Source of the DNA: Sinorhizobium meliloti | Lineage (GTDB): Bacteria > Pseudomonadota > Alphaproteobacteria > Rhizobiales > Rhizobiaceae | Reading direction: 5' to 3' | DNA: 32,000 nt | Assembly (NCBI RefSeq): GCF_017876815.1 | Contig: NZ_JAGIOS010000001.1 | Span: 1,350,001-1,382,000 of the forward strand | Shown: positions 1-9,293 of the stretch, one piece after another | Position numbering within the stretch: position 1 is the stretch's first letter | How the letters are laid out: every line of letters starts with the position of its first letter | Notes under the pieces: model-generated | What the model was told of the DNA's origin: nothing | The model's database searches: none | The model's input: only the letters and a program-made list of their open reading frames with translations | Made by a program: the position numbers and the translations under genes

Positions 1-392
1 AGCAAACCCTTGAGGGTTTTGCGGTCGCCGTCGGCAAAGGCCATGACGATCATCTCGTAGGCCATCTTCGCACCGTTGAGGAATTCGGCCGGATTGAAGT
101 TGGGATCCGCGTCGGTCATTGCCCGGAGTTGGGCATTCAGCGGAGTTCCGGCCTTGGCGACGATCTCGATCGCGGCATAGCGCGACTCGTCCTCCGCCGT
201 CTCGCGACGTGGAAGCTGAACGACCTTGCCGTTATCCTTGGCTTCCGGCCCTTGAGCGATATCCCGTGGAGAGTAGGGATCGAAAGGAGGCCGCTCGCTG
301 CCGGTCCTGCGACCTAAGACGCTACGCAATTGCAGGAAGATGACCACGGCAGCGATCAGGAAAAAAAATGTGATGAAATCAAAAGAGCCCAT
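1..392 (-). CDS. Tim44-like domain membrane protein (N-terminal part; 3' end lies beyond the window start)
   Basis: Absent from the ORF track because the window edge truncates it. Reverse-strand translation from ATG (392..390) reads MGSFDFITFFFLIAAVVIFLQLRSVLGRRTGSERPPFDPYSPRD...NPAEFLNGAKMAYEMIVMAFADGDRKTLKGLL. This is an N-terminal TM helix followed by the start of a Tim44-type domain. It is the usual divergent neighbour of fxsA/secB in Rhizobiales. Confidence 0.7.
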   Translation of the reverse strand, partial: MGSFDFITFFFLIAAVVIFLQLRSVLGRRTGSERPPFDPYSPRDIAQGPEAKDNGKVVQLPRRETAEDESRYAAIEIVAKAGTPLNAQLRAMTDADPNFNPAEFLNGAKMAYEMIVMAFADGDRKTLKGL

Positions 393-526
393 TTCCACCC
401 GGAACCGCTGTTAGAATTTCTCGTACTGTTCCATATAGTCCGGAAGGATAGACCATTCAAACGACGATGTCGCACCCATAAACCGGAGACCGGACAATTG
501 CACTCACCTTCTTGCGAGCACGGGCG

Positions 527-1102
527 ATGCGTTTCCTGATCCCGCTCGTCATTCTCGGGCTGCCGCTTGCGGAAATCGCAGGCTTCGTCGCCGTCGGGCG
601 CGAGATCGGCGTGGCGATGACGCTTCTTCTCGTTTTCGCAAGTGCCGTCGCCGGCATCATGCTCCTGCGCATCCAGGGATTCGGCGTGCTCCGGCGCGTG
701 CAGGAGGCGGCGCGGACGGGCAACGATCCGGGGCTGGACGTTCTCGGCGGTGTGCTGATCTTCATCGCCGCTATCCTGTTGATCGTGCCCGGTTTCATCA
801 GCGACCTCGTCGGCCTTCTCATCTTTCTGCCCCCGGTCCGGCGCGCCATCGCCGCCTTCCTGCGCAGAAGGATGACGATTTTGAGCAGCGCAACCGGCTT
901 CTATCGTTCCTCCAGGCGCCAATCCCCTGGCCCTCAATCCTCTGGTCCTCAGTCCTCTGGCCCCCAATCCGCTGGCCCCCAGTCCGCTGGCACCCCTCGC
1001 GAGCAGCGCCGCGGCCCGCTGACGATCGATCTCGACGAGGACGAATTTTCGCGCAAGACAAAGGACGAAGACGACCCGCCGCCGGATCGTCCGCCTCATT
1101 GA
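527..1102 (+). CDS. fxsA: FxsA family inner-membrane protein
   Basis: The ORF 512..1102 begins at TTG; the internal ATG at 527 gives MRFLIPLVILGLPLAEIAGFVAVGREIG.., colinear with E. coli FxsA (MRWLPFIAIFLYVYIEISIF..). The LLIVPGFISDLVGLLIFLPPVR motif matches the FxsA LLLLPGFFTDFLGLLLLLPPV. The C-terminal tail is low-complexity. Confidence 0.85.
   Translation: MRFLIPLVILGLPLAEIAGFVAVGREIGVAMTLLLVFASAVAGIMLLRIQGFGVLRRVQEAARTGNDPGLDVLGGVLIFIAAILLIVPGFISDLVGLLIFLPPVRRAIAAFLRRRMTILSSATGFYRSSRRQSPGPQSSGPQSSGPQSAGPQSAGTPREQRRGPLTIDLDEDEFSRKTKDEDDPPPDRPPH
920..994 (+). repeat. Five tandem copies of a 15-bp unit inside the fxsA 3' region (encodes the QS[PSA]GP pentapeptide x5)
   Basis: Direct reading: caatcccctggccct / caatcctctggtcct / cagtcctctggcccc / caatccgctggcccc / cagtccgctggcacc. 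The repeats are in frame and give SPGPQSSGPQSSGPQSAGPQSAG. Confidence 0.9.
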
Positions 1103-1269
1103 TCCGAGCTTCACTTTTTCTGATCCCGGCTCCAATCGGGTCTATAATACCGGTTCCCAAAGAAGGGTCGGACGTGTTCCTGCGTCGGGCCAGGCCGGGC
1201 CACGAGGGTTGTAAGCCCAGGCCCTAAATGCTAGATGGCCTCACCAATTCGAAGTCCGAGGAAACTCTT

Positions 1270-1776
1270 ATGACGACTGATACCGCATCCAACGGCAACG
1301 GCAGTGCCCAGCAGCAGAGCCCGTCGCTCAATATCCTGGCCCAGTACGTCAAGGACCTCTCCTTCGAGAACCCCGGCGCACCGCGTTCGCTGCAGGCTCG
1401 CGACCGCTCCCCGTCGATCAACATCAATGTCAATGTCAATGCCAATCCGCTGGCGGAGAATGATTTCGACGTTGTCCTGTCGTTGAGCGCCCAGGCGAAG
1501 GACGGCGACAAGATGCTCTTCAACGTCGAGCTCGCCTATGGCGGCGTCTTCCGCGTTGCCGGCTTCCCGCAGGAGCACATGCTGCCGCTGCTCTTCATCG
1601 AGTGCCCGCGCCTCCTGTTCCCCTTCGCGCGCCAGATCGTAGCCGACGCCACCCGCAACGGCGGCTTCCCGCCGCTGATGATCGATCCCATCGATTTCGC
1701 GCAGATGTTTGCCCAGCGCATGGCCGAGGAAAAGGTCCGCGCGCAGGTGGCCAATACCAACGACACGGCCAACTGA
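1270..1776 (+). CDS. secB: Protein-export chaperone SecB
   Basis: [11 protein letters not shown]...[19 protein letters not shown]...[39 protein letters not shown] is a clear SecB. The ORF opens at 1228, but the ATG at 1270 matches typical rhizobial SecB N-termini. Confidence 0.92.
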   Translation: MTTDTASNGNGSAQQQSPSLNILAQYVKDLSFENPGAPRSLQARDRSPSININVNVNANPLAENDFDVVLSLSAQAKDGDKMLFNVELAYGGVFRVAGFPQEHMLPLLFIECPRLLFPFARQIVADATRNGGFPPLMIDPIDFAQMFAQRMAEEKVRAQVANTNDTAN

Positions 1777-1796
1777 TCGGTCCGAATGATTGGAAG

Positions 1797-1823
1797 ACCC
1801 GGCTCACCGAGCCGGGTTTTTTG
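1797..1823 (+). terminator. Rho-independent terminator downstream of secB
   Basis: A 9-bp stem acccggctc (1797-1805) / gagccgggt (1809-1817) with a 3-nt loop, followed by a T run (tttttt). Confidence 0.7.
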
Positions 1824-1881
1824 TGCCCGGTCTATGCGATTCGGCTTGAGAAACCTCGCGGGCGCCGCAATACGGATAGGC

Positions 1882-2610
1882 CTAGACAGCTTCCGATCTG
1901 AGAACGTCATCGGCTTCGCTGTACTTCGACCAGATCGCATTCGCGCCGATCTTCGCGACGAGCGCCGCATGGGCGGCGATCTCGGCCTCCGTCAGCCGTG
2001 GCCGTAGAGGCCTTTCCCTTGTGACCACGACGACCGGTCCGTCGTCAGCCTCGATCGGCCGGTCACCTGCCTCCGTCACCACGAGACCGAGCGCGGCCTG
2101 GCGCCCGCCGATCATCTCGATATAGACCTCGGCCAGCAGCTCGGAGTCGAGCAGGGCTCCGTGCCTGGTTCGATGGGAGTTGTCTACACCGTAGCGACGG
2201 CAGAGCGCATCGAGCGAATTCGGCCCCATCGGGTGCTTGCGGCGGGCAAGAGCCAGAGTGTCGATAACCCGGTCGCTGCCGATCGGCGGCAGGCCGAGCC
2301 GCTCGAACTCCGCATTGATGAAGCCGATGTCGAAGGTGGCGTTGTGGGCGACCCAACGGGCATCGCCGAAGAAATCGACGATTTCCTGGGCGACATCGGC
2401 GAAGGGCGGCTTGTCCTTCAGGAACTCGTCGGTGATACCGTGGACGGCCAGCGCTTCCGGGTGAACCTTGCGCTCCCCCGGATTGATATAGATATGGATC
2501 GTGCGCCCCGTCGGAAACTGGTTCTCGAGCTCGATACCGCCGATCTCGATCACCCGGTCCTCGCGGTTGTCGAGGCCGGTCGTTTCCGTATCAAAGATGA
2601 TTTCACGCAT
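1882..2610 (-). CDS. dnaQ: DNA polymerase III epsilon subunit (3'-5' proofreading exonuclease)
   Basis: MREIIFDTETTGLD (Exo I), WVAHNATFDIGFIN (Exo II) and HGALLDSELLAEVY (Exo III) motifs. 242 aa. Confidence 0.93.
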   Translation of the reverse strand: MREIIFDTETTGLDNREDRVIEIGGIELENQFPTGRTIHIYINPGERKVHPEALAVHGITDEFLKDKPPFADVAQEIVDFFGDARWVAHNATFDIGFINAEFERLGLPPIGSDRVIDTLALARRKHPMGPNSLDALCRRYGVDNSHRTRHGALLDSELLAEVYIEMIGGRQAALGLVVTEAGDRPIEADDGPVVVVTRERPLRPRLTEAEIAAHAALVAKIGANAIWSKYSEADDVLRSEAV

Positions 2611-2803
2611 ACGGGAGCCCTGTGGACGCTGTTTCGGGGCGAATCACCCGAAGCCGACCTCCATTCTTAATGGCATTTCGCCGTCATTTGAAGCTTCAGT
2701 GCCAGGTTTGCACCGATGATAGCGCATCGGTTCGCGAAGCGATCTAGCTCTTCGAAGTCGCCTCCGGACGGAGACACTGACACTTTTCCTGAAAGTGCGC
2801 TAA

Positions 2804-3388
2804 CTAACCGGCCCGCAAATCATCGACGATCGCACGGATCTGCTGCCGCGTGACGTCGAAGCTGTCGCTTGTGTCGACGATATAGTCGGCGCGGGCGCGC
2901 TTCTCGCTGTCGGGCACCTGCCGCTTGAGGATCATCGCAAACTTCTCGGCGGTCATGCCCGGGCGCTTCATGACGCGTTCCCTCTGCATCTCCGGATCGC
3001 AGGTCACGACGACGATGCGGTCGAGGCGCGCCTCGGCCTTGGTCTCGAAGAGGAGCGGAATATCGAGCAGCACGAAAGGTGCACCGTCCGCTCTGTGCCG
3101 CGCAACGAACTCCTGCTCCTTGGCGCGCACCAGCGGATGGACGATCCGTTCCAGCTCGGCCAGCCGCTCGGGTGCCGCAACAAGCCGCAGCGAAAGCTCG
3201 GCCCGGTCGATGACCCCGCCCTTGGCGACGCCCGGAAAGGCCGCTTCGACCGGAGCCACCGCTTCGCCGCTATAGAGCATATGCACCACTTCGTCGGCAT
3301 CGTTTACCGGCACGCCGAGTTCCCGGAACATGCCCGCAGCAGTCGATTTTCCCATTCCGATGGAGCCGGTAAGCCCGACGATGATCAT
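2804..3388 (-). CDS. coaE: Dephospho-CoA kinase
   Basis: [17 protein letters not shown]-loop start. I chose the ATG at 3388 rather than the ORF maximum at 3460, because 3388 overlaps the aroE stop as ATGA (3385..3388). Confidence 0.9.
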   Translation of the reverse strand: MIIVGLTGSIGMGKSTAAGMFRELGVPVNDADEVVHMLYSGEAVAPVEAAFPGVAKGGVIDRAELSLRLVAAPERLAELERIVHPLVRAKEQEFVARHRADGAPFVLLDIPLLFETKAEARLDRIVVVTCDPEMQRERVMKRPGMTAEKFAMILKRQVPDSEKRARADYIVDTSDSFDVTRQQIRAIVDDLRAG

Positions 3389-4245
3389 GCGTGCCTGTCC
3401 ATATCGCTGATGATGATCTGTCTTAGCGTTTCGTCGACGACCGGCCTCAGACCGAACCATTTTTCAAATCCGGGCACTGCCTGATGGAGAAGCATGCCAA
3501 GTCCGTCGACGATGCGGAAGCCCTGCTCTTCCGCCTGCCGCAACAGCGGCGTCTTCAATGGCACATAGACGATGTCGGTGACGACGGCGTCGGGTGCCAG
3601 GCCCGAAAAGTCGATCGCCGGCGCCGGCTCGCCGTCCATGCCGAGCGACGTCGTGTTGACGAAGAGGCCGGCGCCGGAAACGACTTCGGGAAGCGCCGCC
3701 ATCGAATGTGCGTGCACCGCCGTGCCGAAGCGATCGGCCAGTTCCCTCGCCCTCTCGGGCGTGCGGTTCACCACATGGATCGTCTTGACCCCGCGGTCGC
3801 GGATCGCCTGTATCACGGCCCGGCTGGCGCCGCCGGCACCGAGAATCACCGCGGCCGAGATTCGGTCCCATCCTTTGGCGCGCTCGTCCAGATTGGCGAC
3901 GAAGCCACGCCCGTCGGTGTTCGTCGCGCGGATTTTTCCATTCTCGAGCCAGAGCGTGTTGGCCGCTCCGAGTTCGGCGCTCAGTTCGTCCGGCCGATCG
4001 GCCAGCCGGAAGGCGGCCTCCTTATGCGGAATCGTGACATTGCCGCCGCAGAAGTCGGTTCTTCCTTCCTTGATCTGCCGCATGAAATCGGGAAAGGCCT
4101 CGGGCGTAACTTCGTGGGCCCGGTAGCTCCCCCGAATTCCGAACTGTTTCAGCCAATGGCCATGAATGAGCGGCGATCGCGAATGCTTCACCGGATAGCC
4201 GGTGACAAAGGCATGGTTAACAAATGTTTCACGTGAATCATGCAT
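3385..4245 (-). CDS. aroE: Shikimate 5-dehydrogenase
   Basis: [37 protein letters not shown] (NADP Rossmann) and GLGMLLHQA motifs. I prefer the ATG at 4245 (MHDSRETF..) to the GTG at 4254. Confidence 0.9.
   Translation of the reverse strand: MHDSRETFVNHAFVTGYPVKHSRSPLIHGHWLKQFGIRGSYRAHEVTPEAFPDFMRQIKEGRTDFCGGNVTIPHKEAAFRLADRPDELSAELGAANTLWLENGKIRATNTDGRGFVANLDERAKGWDRISAAVILGAGGASRAVIQAIRDRGVKTIHVVNRTPERARELADRFGTAVHAHSMAALPEVVSGAGLFVNTTSLGMDGEPAPAIDFSGLAPDAVVTDIVYVPLKTPLLRQAEEQGFRIVDGLGMLLHQAVPGFEKWFGLRPVVDETLRQIIISDMDRHA
4225..4240. promoter_or_regulatory. parS: parS site a (ParB-binding centromere sequence)
   Basis: TGTTTCACGTGAATCA, 15/16 match to the canonical TGTTTCACGTGAAACA. It contains GAATC (GANTC). 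It spans the maf stop codon and aroE codons 3-7. Confidence 0.75.
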
Positions 4246-4837
4246 CGATCGCACCCAGTTCGCGTAGTTTGGAGAGAAGCGGCAGCATCGGCAGGCCGAG
4301 TATGGTGAAATAATCGCCCTCGATCCTCTCGAAGAGCTGGATGCCCTCGCCTTCGAGCTGATAGGCGCCGACGCTTGTCAGCGCCTTCTCGCCCACCTTT
4401 GCAAGATGCCGATCGATGAAGCCGTCGCTCAATGGCCGCACGGTCATGTTCGCAGTCGAGACGTGCCGCCAAACGACCTCGTCGTTGCGCACGAGAACGA
4501 TCGCGCTGTTGAGACTGTGCATCCTGCCCGAGAGCGACCGGAGATGTTCGGCGGCTTCCGTCATGTCCCGGGGCTTGTGATAGACGCGGGTTCCAAGCGA
4601 CATCGTCTGATCCGAACCGATGACAAGGGCGTCCGAAAAATATCGTGCGACATCCTTCGCCTTGGCTTCGGCCAGCGCCAGCGCGACATCAGCCGGCGAA
4701 GCGCCAGACGCTTCCAGCGGCTGCTCGAGCGCACGCTCGTCGATCGCGGCGGCCCGGGCCTCGAAGGCCAGTCCTGCATTGGAAAGCAGAGCGCGACGAA
4801 AAGGACTGGCCGAGGCCAATATGAGCAAGGGTTTCAT
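4238..4837 (-). CDS. maf: Maf-like nucleoside-triphosphate pyrophosphatase
   Basis: [14 protein letters not shown].., GSDQ.., AYQLEG motifs typical of the Maf/YhdE family. 199 aa. The stop overlaps the aroE start region. Confidence 0.88.
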   Translation of the reverse strand: MKPLLILASASPFRRALLSNAGLAFEARAAAIDERALEQPLEASGASPADVALALAEAKAKDVARYFSDALVIGSDQTMSLGTRVYHKPRDMTEAAEHLRSLSGRMHSLNSAIVLVRNDEVVWRHVSTANMTVRPLSDGFIDRHLAKVGEKALTSVGAYQLEGEGIQLFERIEGDYFTILGLPMLPLLSKLRELGAIDA

Positions 4838-4884
4838 TTTCCGGTTCCGTGTTCGCGACCTGCAAGCTGTTCTCGCGGTTCGCT

Positions 4885-5706
4885 CTATCTAAGCCGCGGC
4901 CGCAAGGCAACGATTGCTGCGGCAGTCTCCTCTATCGAGCGCCGCGTTACGTCGATCAGCGGCCAGTTGTTGCGCGCGCAAAGCGAGCGGGCATATTTAA
5001 GCTCCTCGGCGATCGCCGCCCGATCGGTATAGTCTTCCCCGTGGAAGCTCTGCGTCGTTCCGAGCACGCGATGCTGGCGCACCTGGGAGAGACGCTCGGC
5101 CGAAGCGATAAGCCCGACGATGAGTGGTTTCGTCGCCTTCAGGAGCGCATCGGGCAGGGGCACGCCCGGCACGATCGGTATGTTGGCCGTCTTTATACCG
5201 CGATTGGCGAGATAGATGCTCGTCGGTGTTTTCGACGTGCGGCTCACGCCCACAAGGACCACATCCGCCTCGTTGAAATCGGAGGGGACCTGACCGTCGT
5301 CATGATCCATCGTGAAGTTCAACGCCTCGATCCGGGCGAAATATTCGGCATCCATGACATGCTGCGCACCCGAGCGGCGGCGCGAGGGCGAGCCGAGATA
5401 GGATTGGAAAAGTTCAATGATCGGGTCGAGGACCGAGACGCAGGGCACGCCGATCTCGCGGCATCTCTGATCGATGAGGCCGGCAAGTTCCCGGTCGACG
5501 ATCGTGTAGAGTACGATTCCCGGTGCCCCGTCGACCGCGTCCATGACCTGCATCAGCTGCTTCCGGTTGCGGATCAGCGGATAGACGTGTTCCAGCGCAT
5601 GGGAGGACTGGAATTGCGCAGCAGCCGCTCGGCCGGCGGCGATCAGAGTTTCGCCGGTCGAATCGGAGATCAAATGCAGATGGAAGTAGTTTTTGCGGTT
5701 CTCCAC
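4885..5706 (-). CDS. Putative pyruvate,phosphate dikinase regulatory protein (PDRP, DUF299/PpsR family kinase-phosphotransferase)
   Basis: [12 protein letters not shown] and [18 protein letters not shown] motifs. 273 aa. GTG start at 5706. Confidence 0.88.
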   Translation of the reverse strand: MENRKNYFHLHLISDSTGETLIAAGRAAAAQFQSSHALEHVYPLIRNRKQLMQVMDAVDGAPGIVLYTIVDRELAGLIDQRCREIGVPCVSVLDPIIELFQSYLGSPSRRRSGAQHVMDAEYFARIEALNFTMDHDDGQVPSDFNEADVVLVGVSRTSKTPTSIYLANRGIKTANIPIVPGVPLPDALLKATKPLIVGLIASAERLSQVRQHRVLGTTQSFHGEDYTDRAAIAEELKYARSLCARNNWPLIDVTRRSIEETAAAIVALRPRLR

Positions 5707-6111
5707 GCAATTCTCCGCGGTCTGTTGATAAGGCGGGACAAAAACAGCTAACGGCGGCGCCTGGCTTCAGGCAAGTGGAAAAGCGGCGACTTGTTCACAT
5801 CTGACACCTAACCGGAAATCTCTTGCCCGGGCATGTGGACAAGACTCATGGCCACGACAAATTGTCACGCAGATCGACTCCTCATCCACAGGAACCGCAA
5901 ACTCCCGATCGCCGGCAAGGGGCTGACTCTGCAGTGTTTTACCGGGTTTCCCCGCTTACCGCGCAATTCGGCCGGAATCTCTCCCGCCTCTTTGCCGGAG
6001 ATTGACGCGGACTGGATAGGATGAGGATTGATTTTAATCCTTGATACCCACCGACTCTAAGAAATAGAAACCTTATAAATTCAGTTTTATTTTTAGATTA
6101 GGAAGCGGCAA
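5707..6111. other. Candidate chromosomal replication origin (oriC) in the PDRP-hemE intergenic gap
   Basis: This is the largest non-coding gap in the window, it sits next to hemE, and the flanking genes diverge from it. DnaA-box-like 9-mers versus TTATCCACA: TTTTCCACT (5774..5782, minus), TTGTTCACA (5791..5799), TTGTCCACA (5834..5842, minus), TCATCCACA (5882..5890). A strongly AT-rich block lies at about 6024..6100 (ttataaattcagttttatttttagatta). Five GANTC sites start at 5843, 5876, 5925, 5975 and 6053. Confidence 0.6.
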
Positions 6112-7143
6112 GTGAGCGAAACGCATCGCAAAGTGCTGGAGGTTTTGAGCGGGAGAGCGCTCACCCCTCCCCCCATCTGGCTGATGCGACAAGCGGGACG
6201 CTATCTCCCCGAATACAGGGCGGTGCGCGCGAAGGCCGGAAGCTTTCTCGATCTCTGTTACACGCCGGACCTCGCGGTCGAAGTGACGTTGCAGCCGATC
6301 CGCCGCTACGGCTTCGATGCCGCGATCCTTTTCTCCGATATTCTCGTGATACCCGATGGGCTCAAGCGCAATGTTCGTTTCGAAGAGGGACAGGGTCCAC
6401 GGATGGATCCGATCGACGAGGACGGGATTGCCCGGCTGAGCCCCGATGGCGTCATCGCTCACCTGGCTCCGGTTTTCGAGACCGTCTCCCGGCTGAGACG
6501 CGAACTGCCGACGGAAACCACGCTCCTCGGCTTCTGCGGGGCGCCGTGGACGGTGGCGACCTATATGATCGCCGGCCGCGGAACGCCGGACCAGGCGCCT
6601 GCGCGTCTTTTCGCCTATCGTCATCCCAAGGCTTTCGAGCGGCTTCTGACGCTGCTCGCCGACATTTCCGCCGACTATCTGGTAAAACAGATCGATGCCG
6701 GCGCCGATGCTGTGCAGATATTCGATTCCTGGGCCGGCGTGCTCGGCGAGGAGGAGTTCCAGCGTTTCGCGATCGAGCCGGTCCGGCGGATGATCGCATC
6801 CGTCCGCGCGCGCCGCCCCTCGGCCAAAATCATCGCTTTCGCGAAGGGTGCGGGCCTCCTGCTGAAGAATTATCGGCAGGCGACCGGTGCGGATGCGATC
6901 GGCCTCGACTGGTTGGTGCCGCTCGCCTTCGCCGCCGAATTGCAGAAGGACGGGCCGGTTCAGGGCAATCTCGATCCGGTGCGGGTCGTGGCCGGTGGCG
7001 CGGCCCAGGAGCATGGAACCGACCGCATCCTGGACGTCCTCGGCCAGGGGCCGCTGATCTTCAATCTCGGCCACGGCATAACGCCGGACGCCGATCCGAA
7101 TCACGTTGCCGCACTCGTCGCCCGCGTTCGAGGATCGCGATGA
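6112..7143 (+). CDS. hemE: Uroporphyrinogen decarboxylase
   Basis: [34 protein letters not shown] and FNLGHGI motifs. 343 aa. GTG start. Confidence 0.93.
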   Translation: MSETHRKVLEVLSGRALTPPPIWLMRQAGRYLPEYRAVRAKAGSFLDLCYTPDLAVEVTLQPIRRYGFDAAILFSDILVIPDGLKRNVRFEEGQGPRMDPIDEDGIARLSPDGVIAHLAPVFETVSRLRRELPTETTLLGFCGAPWTVATYMIAGRGTPDQAPARLFAYRHPKAFERLLTLLADISADYLVKQIDAGADAVQIFDSWAGVLGEEEFQRFAIEPVRRMIASVRARRPSAKIIAFAKGAGLLLKNYRQATGADAIGLDWLVPLAFAAELQKDGPVQGNLDPVRVVAGGAAQEHGTDRILDVLGQGPLIFNLGHGITPDADPNHVAALVARVRGSR

Positions 7144-7153
7144 AAGGGCAGCG

Positions 7154-7696
7154 ATGAGAGGGGAACGCCAAACCGACAGCGGGCCGGGCAAACGGGCTCG
7201 ACTTCGTGCGGCCATCGCGGTCGCTGCCTTTGCGGCTTTGCTGATCGGCCTCTTCGCCGGGCAACCGGACGACCTCTATCTGTGGATCAAGGCGCTCCAC
7301 ATCATTGCGGTGATCTCCTGGATGGCGGCGCTGCTCTACATGCCGCGCCTGTTCATCTATCACACCGATGCAGCGCCCGGATCGGAACAGTCCGAGACCT
7401 TCAAGATGATGGAACAGCGACTGCTCAAGGTCATCATGAATCCGGCCATGATGATCTCATGGGTGCTCGGACTTTACCTCGCCTGGAGCGTCTATGGCTT
7501 TGTCGGGGGCTGGCTGCATGCGAAGATTCTCTGCGTTTTTCTGCTGACGCTGGTGCATGTGCATTTCAGCCGCGCGGTGAGAGCCTTCCAGCGGGACGAG
7601 AATCGCCGCGACGCGCGCTTTTGGCGGCTGATGAACGAGGCGCCAACCCTGCTGATGATCGCCATCGTCATCCTTGTCGTGGTGAAACCATTTTGA
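7154..7696 (+). CDS. hemJ: Protoporphyrinogen IX oxidase HemJ family membrane protein
   Basis: YLWIKALHIIAVISWMAALLYMPRLFIYH is the HemJ (UPF0093) signature. It lies immediately after hemE. I chose the ATG at 7154 over the TTG at 7106, which would overlap hemE by 38 nt. Confidence 0.8.
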   Translation: MRGERQTDSGPGKRARLRAAIAVAAFAALLIGLFAGQPDDLYLWIKALHIIAVISWMAALLYMPRLFIYHTDAAPGSEQSETFKMMEQRLLKVIMNPAMMISWVLGLYLAWSVYGFVGGWLHAKILCVFLLTLVHVHFSRAVRAFQRDENRRDARFWRLMNEAPTLLMIAIVILVVVKPF

Positions 7697-7745
7697 ATTC
7701 AATCGATTCGCAGCTGCAATAGTTGCTGCTAAATTGCCGCGACCC

Positions 7746-7774
7746 CTTGCGGCGTTTCACGTGAATCGCTATTT
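7746..7774 (+). promoter_or_regulatory. Putative sigma70-type promoter of rho (CTTGCG-N17-CTATTT)
   Basis: -35 CTTGCG (7746..7751), a 17-nt spacer, and -10 CTATTT (7769..7774), compared with the rhizobial consensus CTTGAC-N17-CTATAT. The spacer is filled by a parS site (7753..7768). No experimental support is visible from sequence alone. Confidence 0.35.
7753..7768. promoter_or_regulatory. parS: parS site b
   Basis: CGTTTCACGTGAATCG. The 12-bp core differs only at the A->T that makes GAATC; the outermost positions are C/G instead of T/A. It lies in the intergenic region upstream of rho. Confidence 0.7.
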
Positions 7775-7891
7775 TCCCTTATCTCCTTCTTCCTGTGGCC
7801 TGTGACGAAGTTTTAGAGCCTGCCTCTTCCCCCTTGCAGCTCCCTTACAAATCGCGCCGGCTCCCAATCCCCTATCAAGCACGGACCCTTC

Positions 7892-9157
7892 ATGGCTGAA
7901 ATGAAGCTTCAAGAACTTAAGAACAAGACGCCGACCGACCTCCTGGCCTTTGCCGAAGAGCTCGAGGTGGAGAATGCCAGCACGATGCGCAAGCAGGAGC
8001 TGATGTTCGCGATCCTCAAAATGCTGGCTCAGCAGGAAATCGAGATCATCGGCGAGGGCGTCGTCGAGGTCCTTCAGGACGGATTTGGCTTCCTGCGCTC
8101 GGCCAATGCGAACTATCTCCCGGGTCCTGACGATATCTATATTTCGCCTTCGCAGATCCGCCGCTTCTCGCTGAAGACCGGCGACACGGTCGAGGGCCCG
8201 ATCCGCGGGCCGAAGGAAGGCGAACGCTATTTCGCACTTCTGAAGGTCAACACGATCAACTTCGACGATCCGGAGAAGATCCGCCACAAGGTTCACTTCG
8301 ACAACCTGACGCCGCTCTATCCGAACGAGCGCTTCAAGATGGAACTCGAGGTTCCCACGTCCAAGGATCTCTCGGCGCGAGTCATCGATCTGGTCGCACC
8401 GCTCGGCAAGGGCCAGCGCGGCCTGATCGTAGCGCCGCCGCGCACCGGTAAGACGGTGCTTCTCCAGAACATCGCGCATTCGATCACCGCGAACCATCCG
8501 GAGTGTTACCTGATCGTCCTCTTGATCGACGAGCGGCCGGAGGAAGTCACGGACATGCAGCGCTCGGTCAAGGGCGAAGTGGTGTCCTCGACCTTCGACG
8601 AGCCGGCAACTCGCCACGTCCAGGTCGCCGAGATGGTGATCGAAAAGGCCAAGCGCCTCGTGGAACACGGACGCGATGTGGTGATCCTGCTCGACTCGGT
8701 CACCCGTCTCGGCCGTGCCTACAACACGGTCGTTCCCTCCTCGGGCAAGGTACTGACCGGCGGTGTCGACGCAAACGCCCTGCAGCGTCCGAAGCGCTTC
8801 TTCGGCGCTGCCCGCAACATCGAGGAAGGCGGCTCGCTGACGATTATCGCAACGGCCCTGATCGACACCGGTAGCCGTATGGACGAAGTCATCTTCGAAG
8901 AGTTCAAGGGTACCGGCAACTCCGAAATCGTCCTTGACCGCAAGGTGGCCGACAAGCGCATCTTCCCGGCTATGGACATCCTGAAGTCCGGCACGCGTAA
9001 GGAGGACCTCCTGGTCCCGCGTCAGGACCTGCAGAAGATCTTCGTGCTGCGCCGCATTCTCGCGCCGATGGGCACGACCGACGCGATCGAGTTCCTCATC
9101 GACAAGCTGAAGCAGACGAAAACCAATGGCGACTTCTTCGACTCGATGAATACGTAA
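7892..9157 (+). CDS. rho: Transcription termination factor Rho
   Basis: [18 protein letters not shown].., GFGFLRS, the Walker A motif PPRTGKT, and [10 protein letters not shown]. 421 aa. Confidence 0.97.
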   Translation: MAEMKLQELKNKTPTDLLAFAEELEVENASTMRKQELMFAILKMLAQQEIEIIGEGVVEVLQDGFGFLRSANANYLPGPDDIYISPSQIRRFSLKTGDTVEGPIRGPKEGERYFALLKVNTINFDDPEKIRHKVHFDNLTPLYPNERFKMELEVPTSKDLSARVIDLVAPLGKGQRGLIVAPPRTGKTVLLQNIAHSITANHPECYLIVLLIDERPEEVTDMQRSVKGEVVSSTFDEPATRHVQVAEMVIEKAKRLVEHGRDVVILLDSVTRLGRAYNTVVPSSGKVLTGGVDANALQRPKRFFGAARNIEEGGSLTIIATALIDTGSRMDEVIFEEFKGTGNSEIVLDRKVADKRIFPAMDILKSGTRKEDLLVPRQDLQKIFVLRRILAPMGTTDAIEFLIDKLKQTKTNGDFFDSMNT

Positions 9158-9181
9158 GAGCGAGACTTTCTTTCTCGGGAA

Positions 9182-9210
9182 AGAGGCCGGCGTGTCCAGC
9201 GCCGGCCTCT
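9182..9210 (+). terminator. GC-rich hairpin downstream of rho (possible terminator)
   Basis: An 11-bp stem agaggccggcg / cgccggcctct with a 7-nt loop. The tail (tcgtgc) is not U-rich, so intrinsic termination is uncertain. Confidence 0.45.
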
Positions 9211-9293
9211 TCGTGCATCTGGGATGCAGCACATCCTCCTGCCGCCATTCTTTCCCCTGTCGATTGTCATCCCGATCGAGCCCGATACGGGAG

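Noticed and set aside
920-994. Whether the 15-bp tandem repeat could be a CRISPR or mobile-element signature
   Set aside because: The units are contiguous with no spacers, in frame, and inside fxsA. It is a coding microsatellite or minisatellite, not a CRISPR array.
356-1135. 259-aa ORF antisense to fxsA, and other overlapping alternative-frame ORFs (e.g. 13386..14132, 14300..15169, 15296..16183, 26190..27182, 9973..10845)
   Set aside because: Each overlaps a confidently identified gene in another frame or on the other strand, and each has a composition typical of non-coding frames.
1417-1446. Hexamer periodicity atcaac-atcaat-gtcaat-gtcaat-gccaat in secB ([10 protein letters not shown])
   Set aside because: The alternating hydrophobic/polar pattern fits a beta-strand at the equivalent position of E. 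coli SecB (KLDLDT..). It is a protein-structure consequence rather than a DNA-level repeat of interest.
2804-3460. Maximal ORF extensions upstream of the chosen starts (coaE to 3460, lptE to 16903, htpX from 26094, rsmG from 12778, secB from 1228, hemJ from 7106, yggS from 19668)
   Set aside because: The extensions overlap upstream genes or regulatory palindromes, use rare starts (TTG/GTG), and add Arg-rich sequence with no family-conserved residues. The internal ATGs restore canonical N-termini.
5823-6024. Small ORFs (60 and 63 aa) inside the candidate oriC gap
   Set aside because: They have no ribosome-binding site and odd composition. They overlap DnaA-box-like motifs, and the region is better explained as non-coding origin DNA.
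6034-6048. Possible CtrA site (TTAA-N7-TTAA) in the origin gap
   Set aside because: Only one TTAA half is present (TTAAtccttgaTACC). I found no full CtrA motif in 5707..6111, so I make no CtrA claim.
6073-7215. 380-aa ORF antisense to hemE
   Set aside because: Antisense artefact. It would also run through the AT-rich origin block and has no plausible start context.
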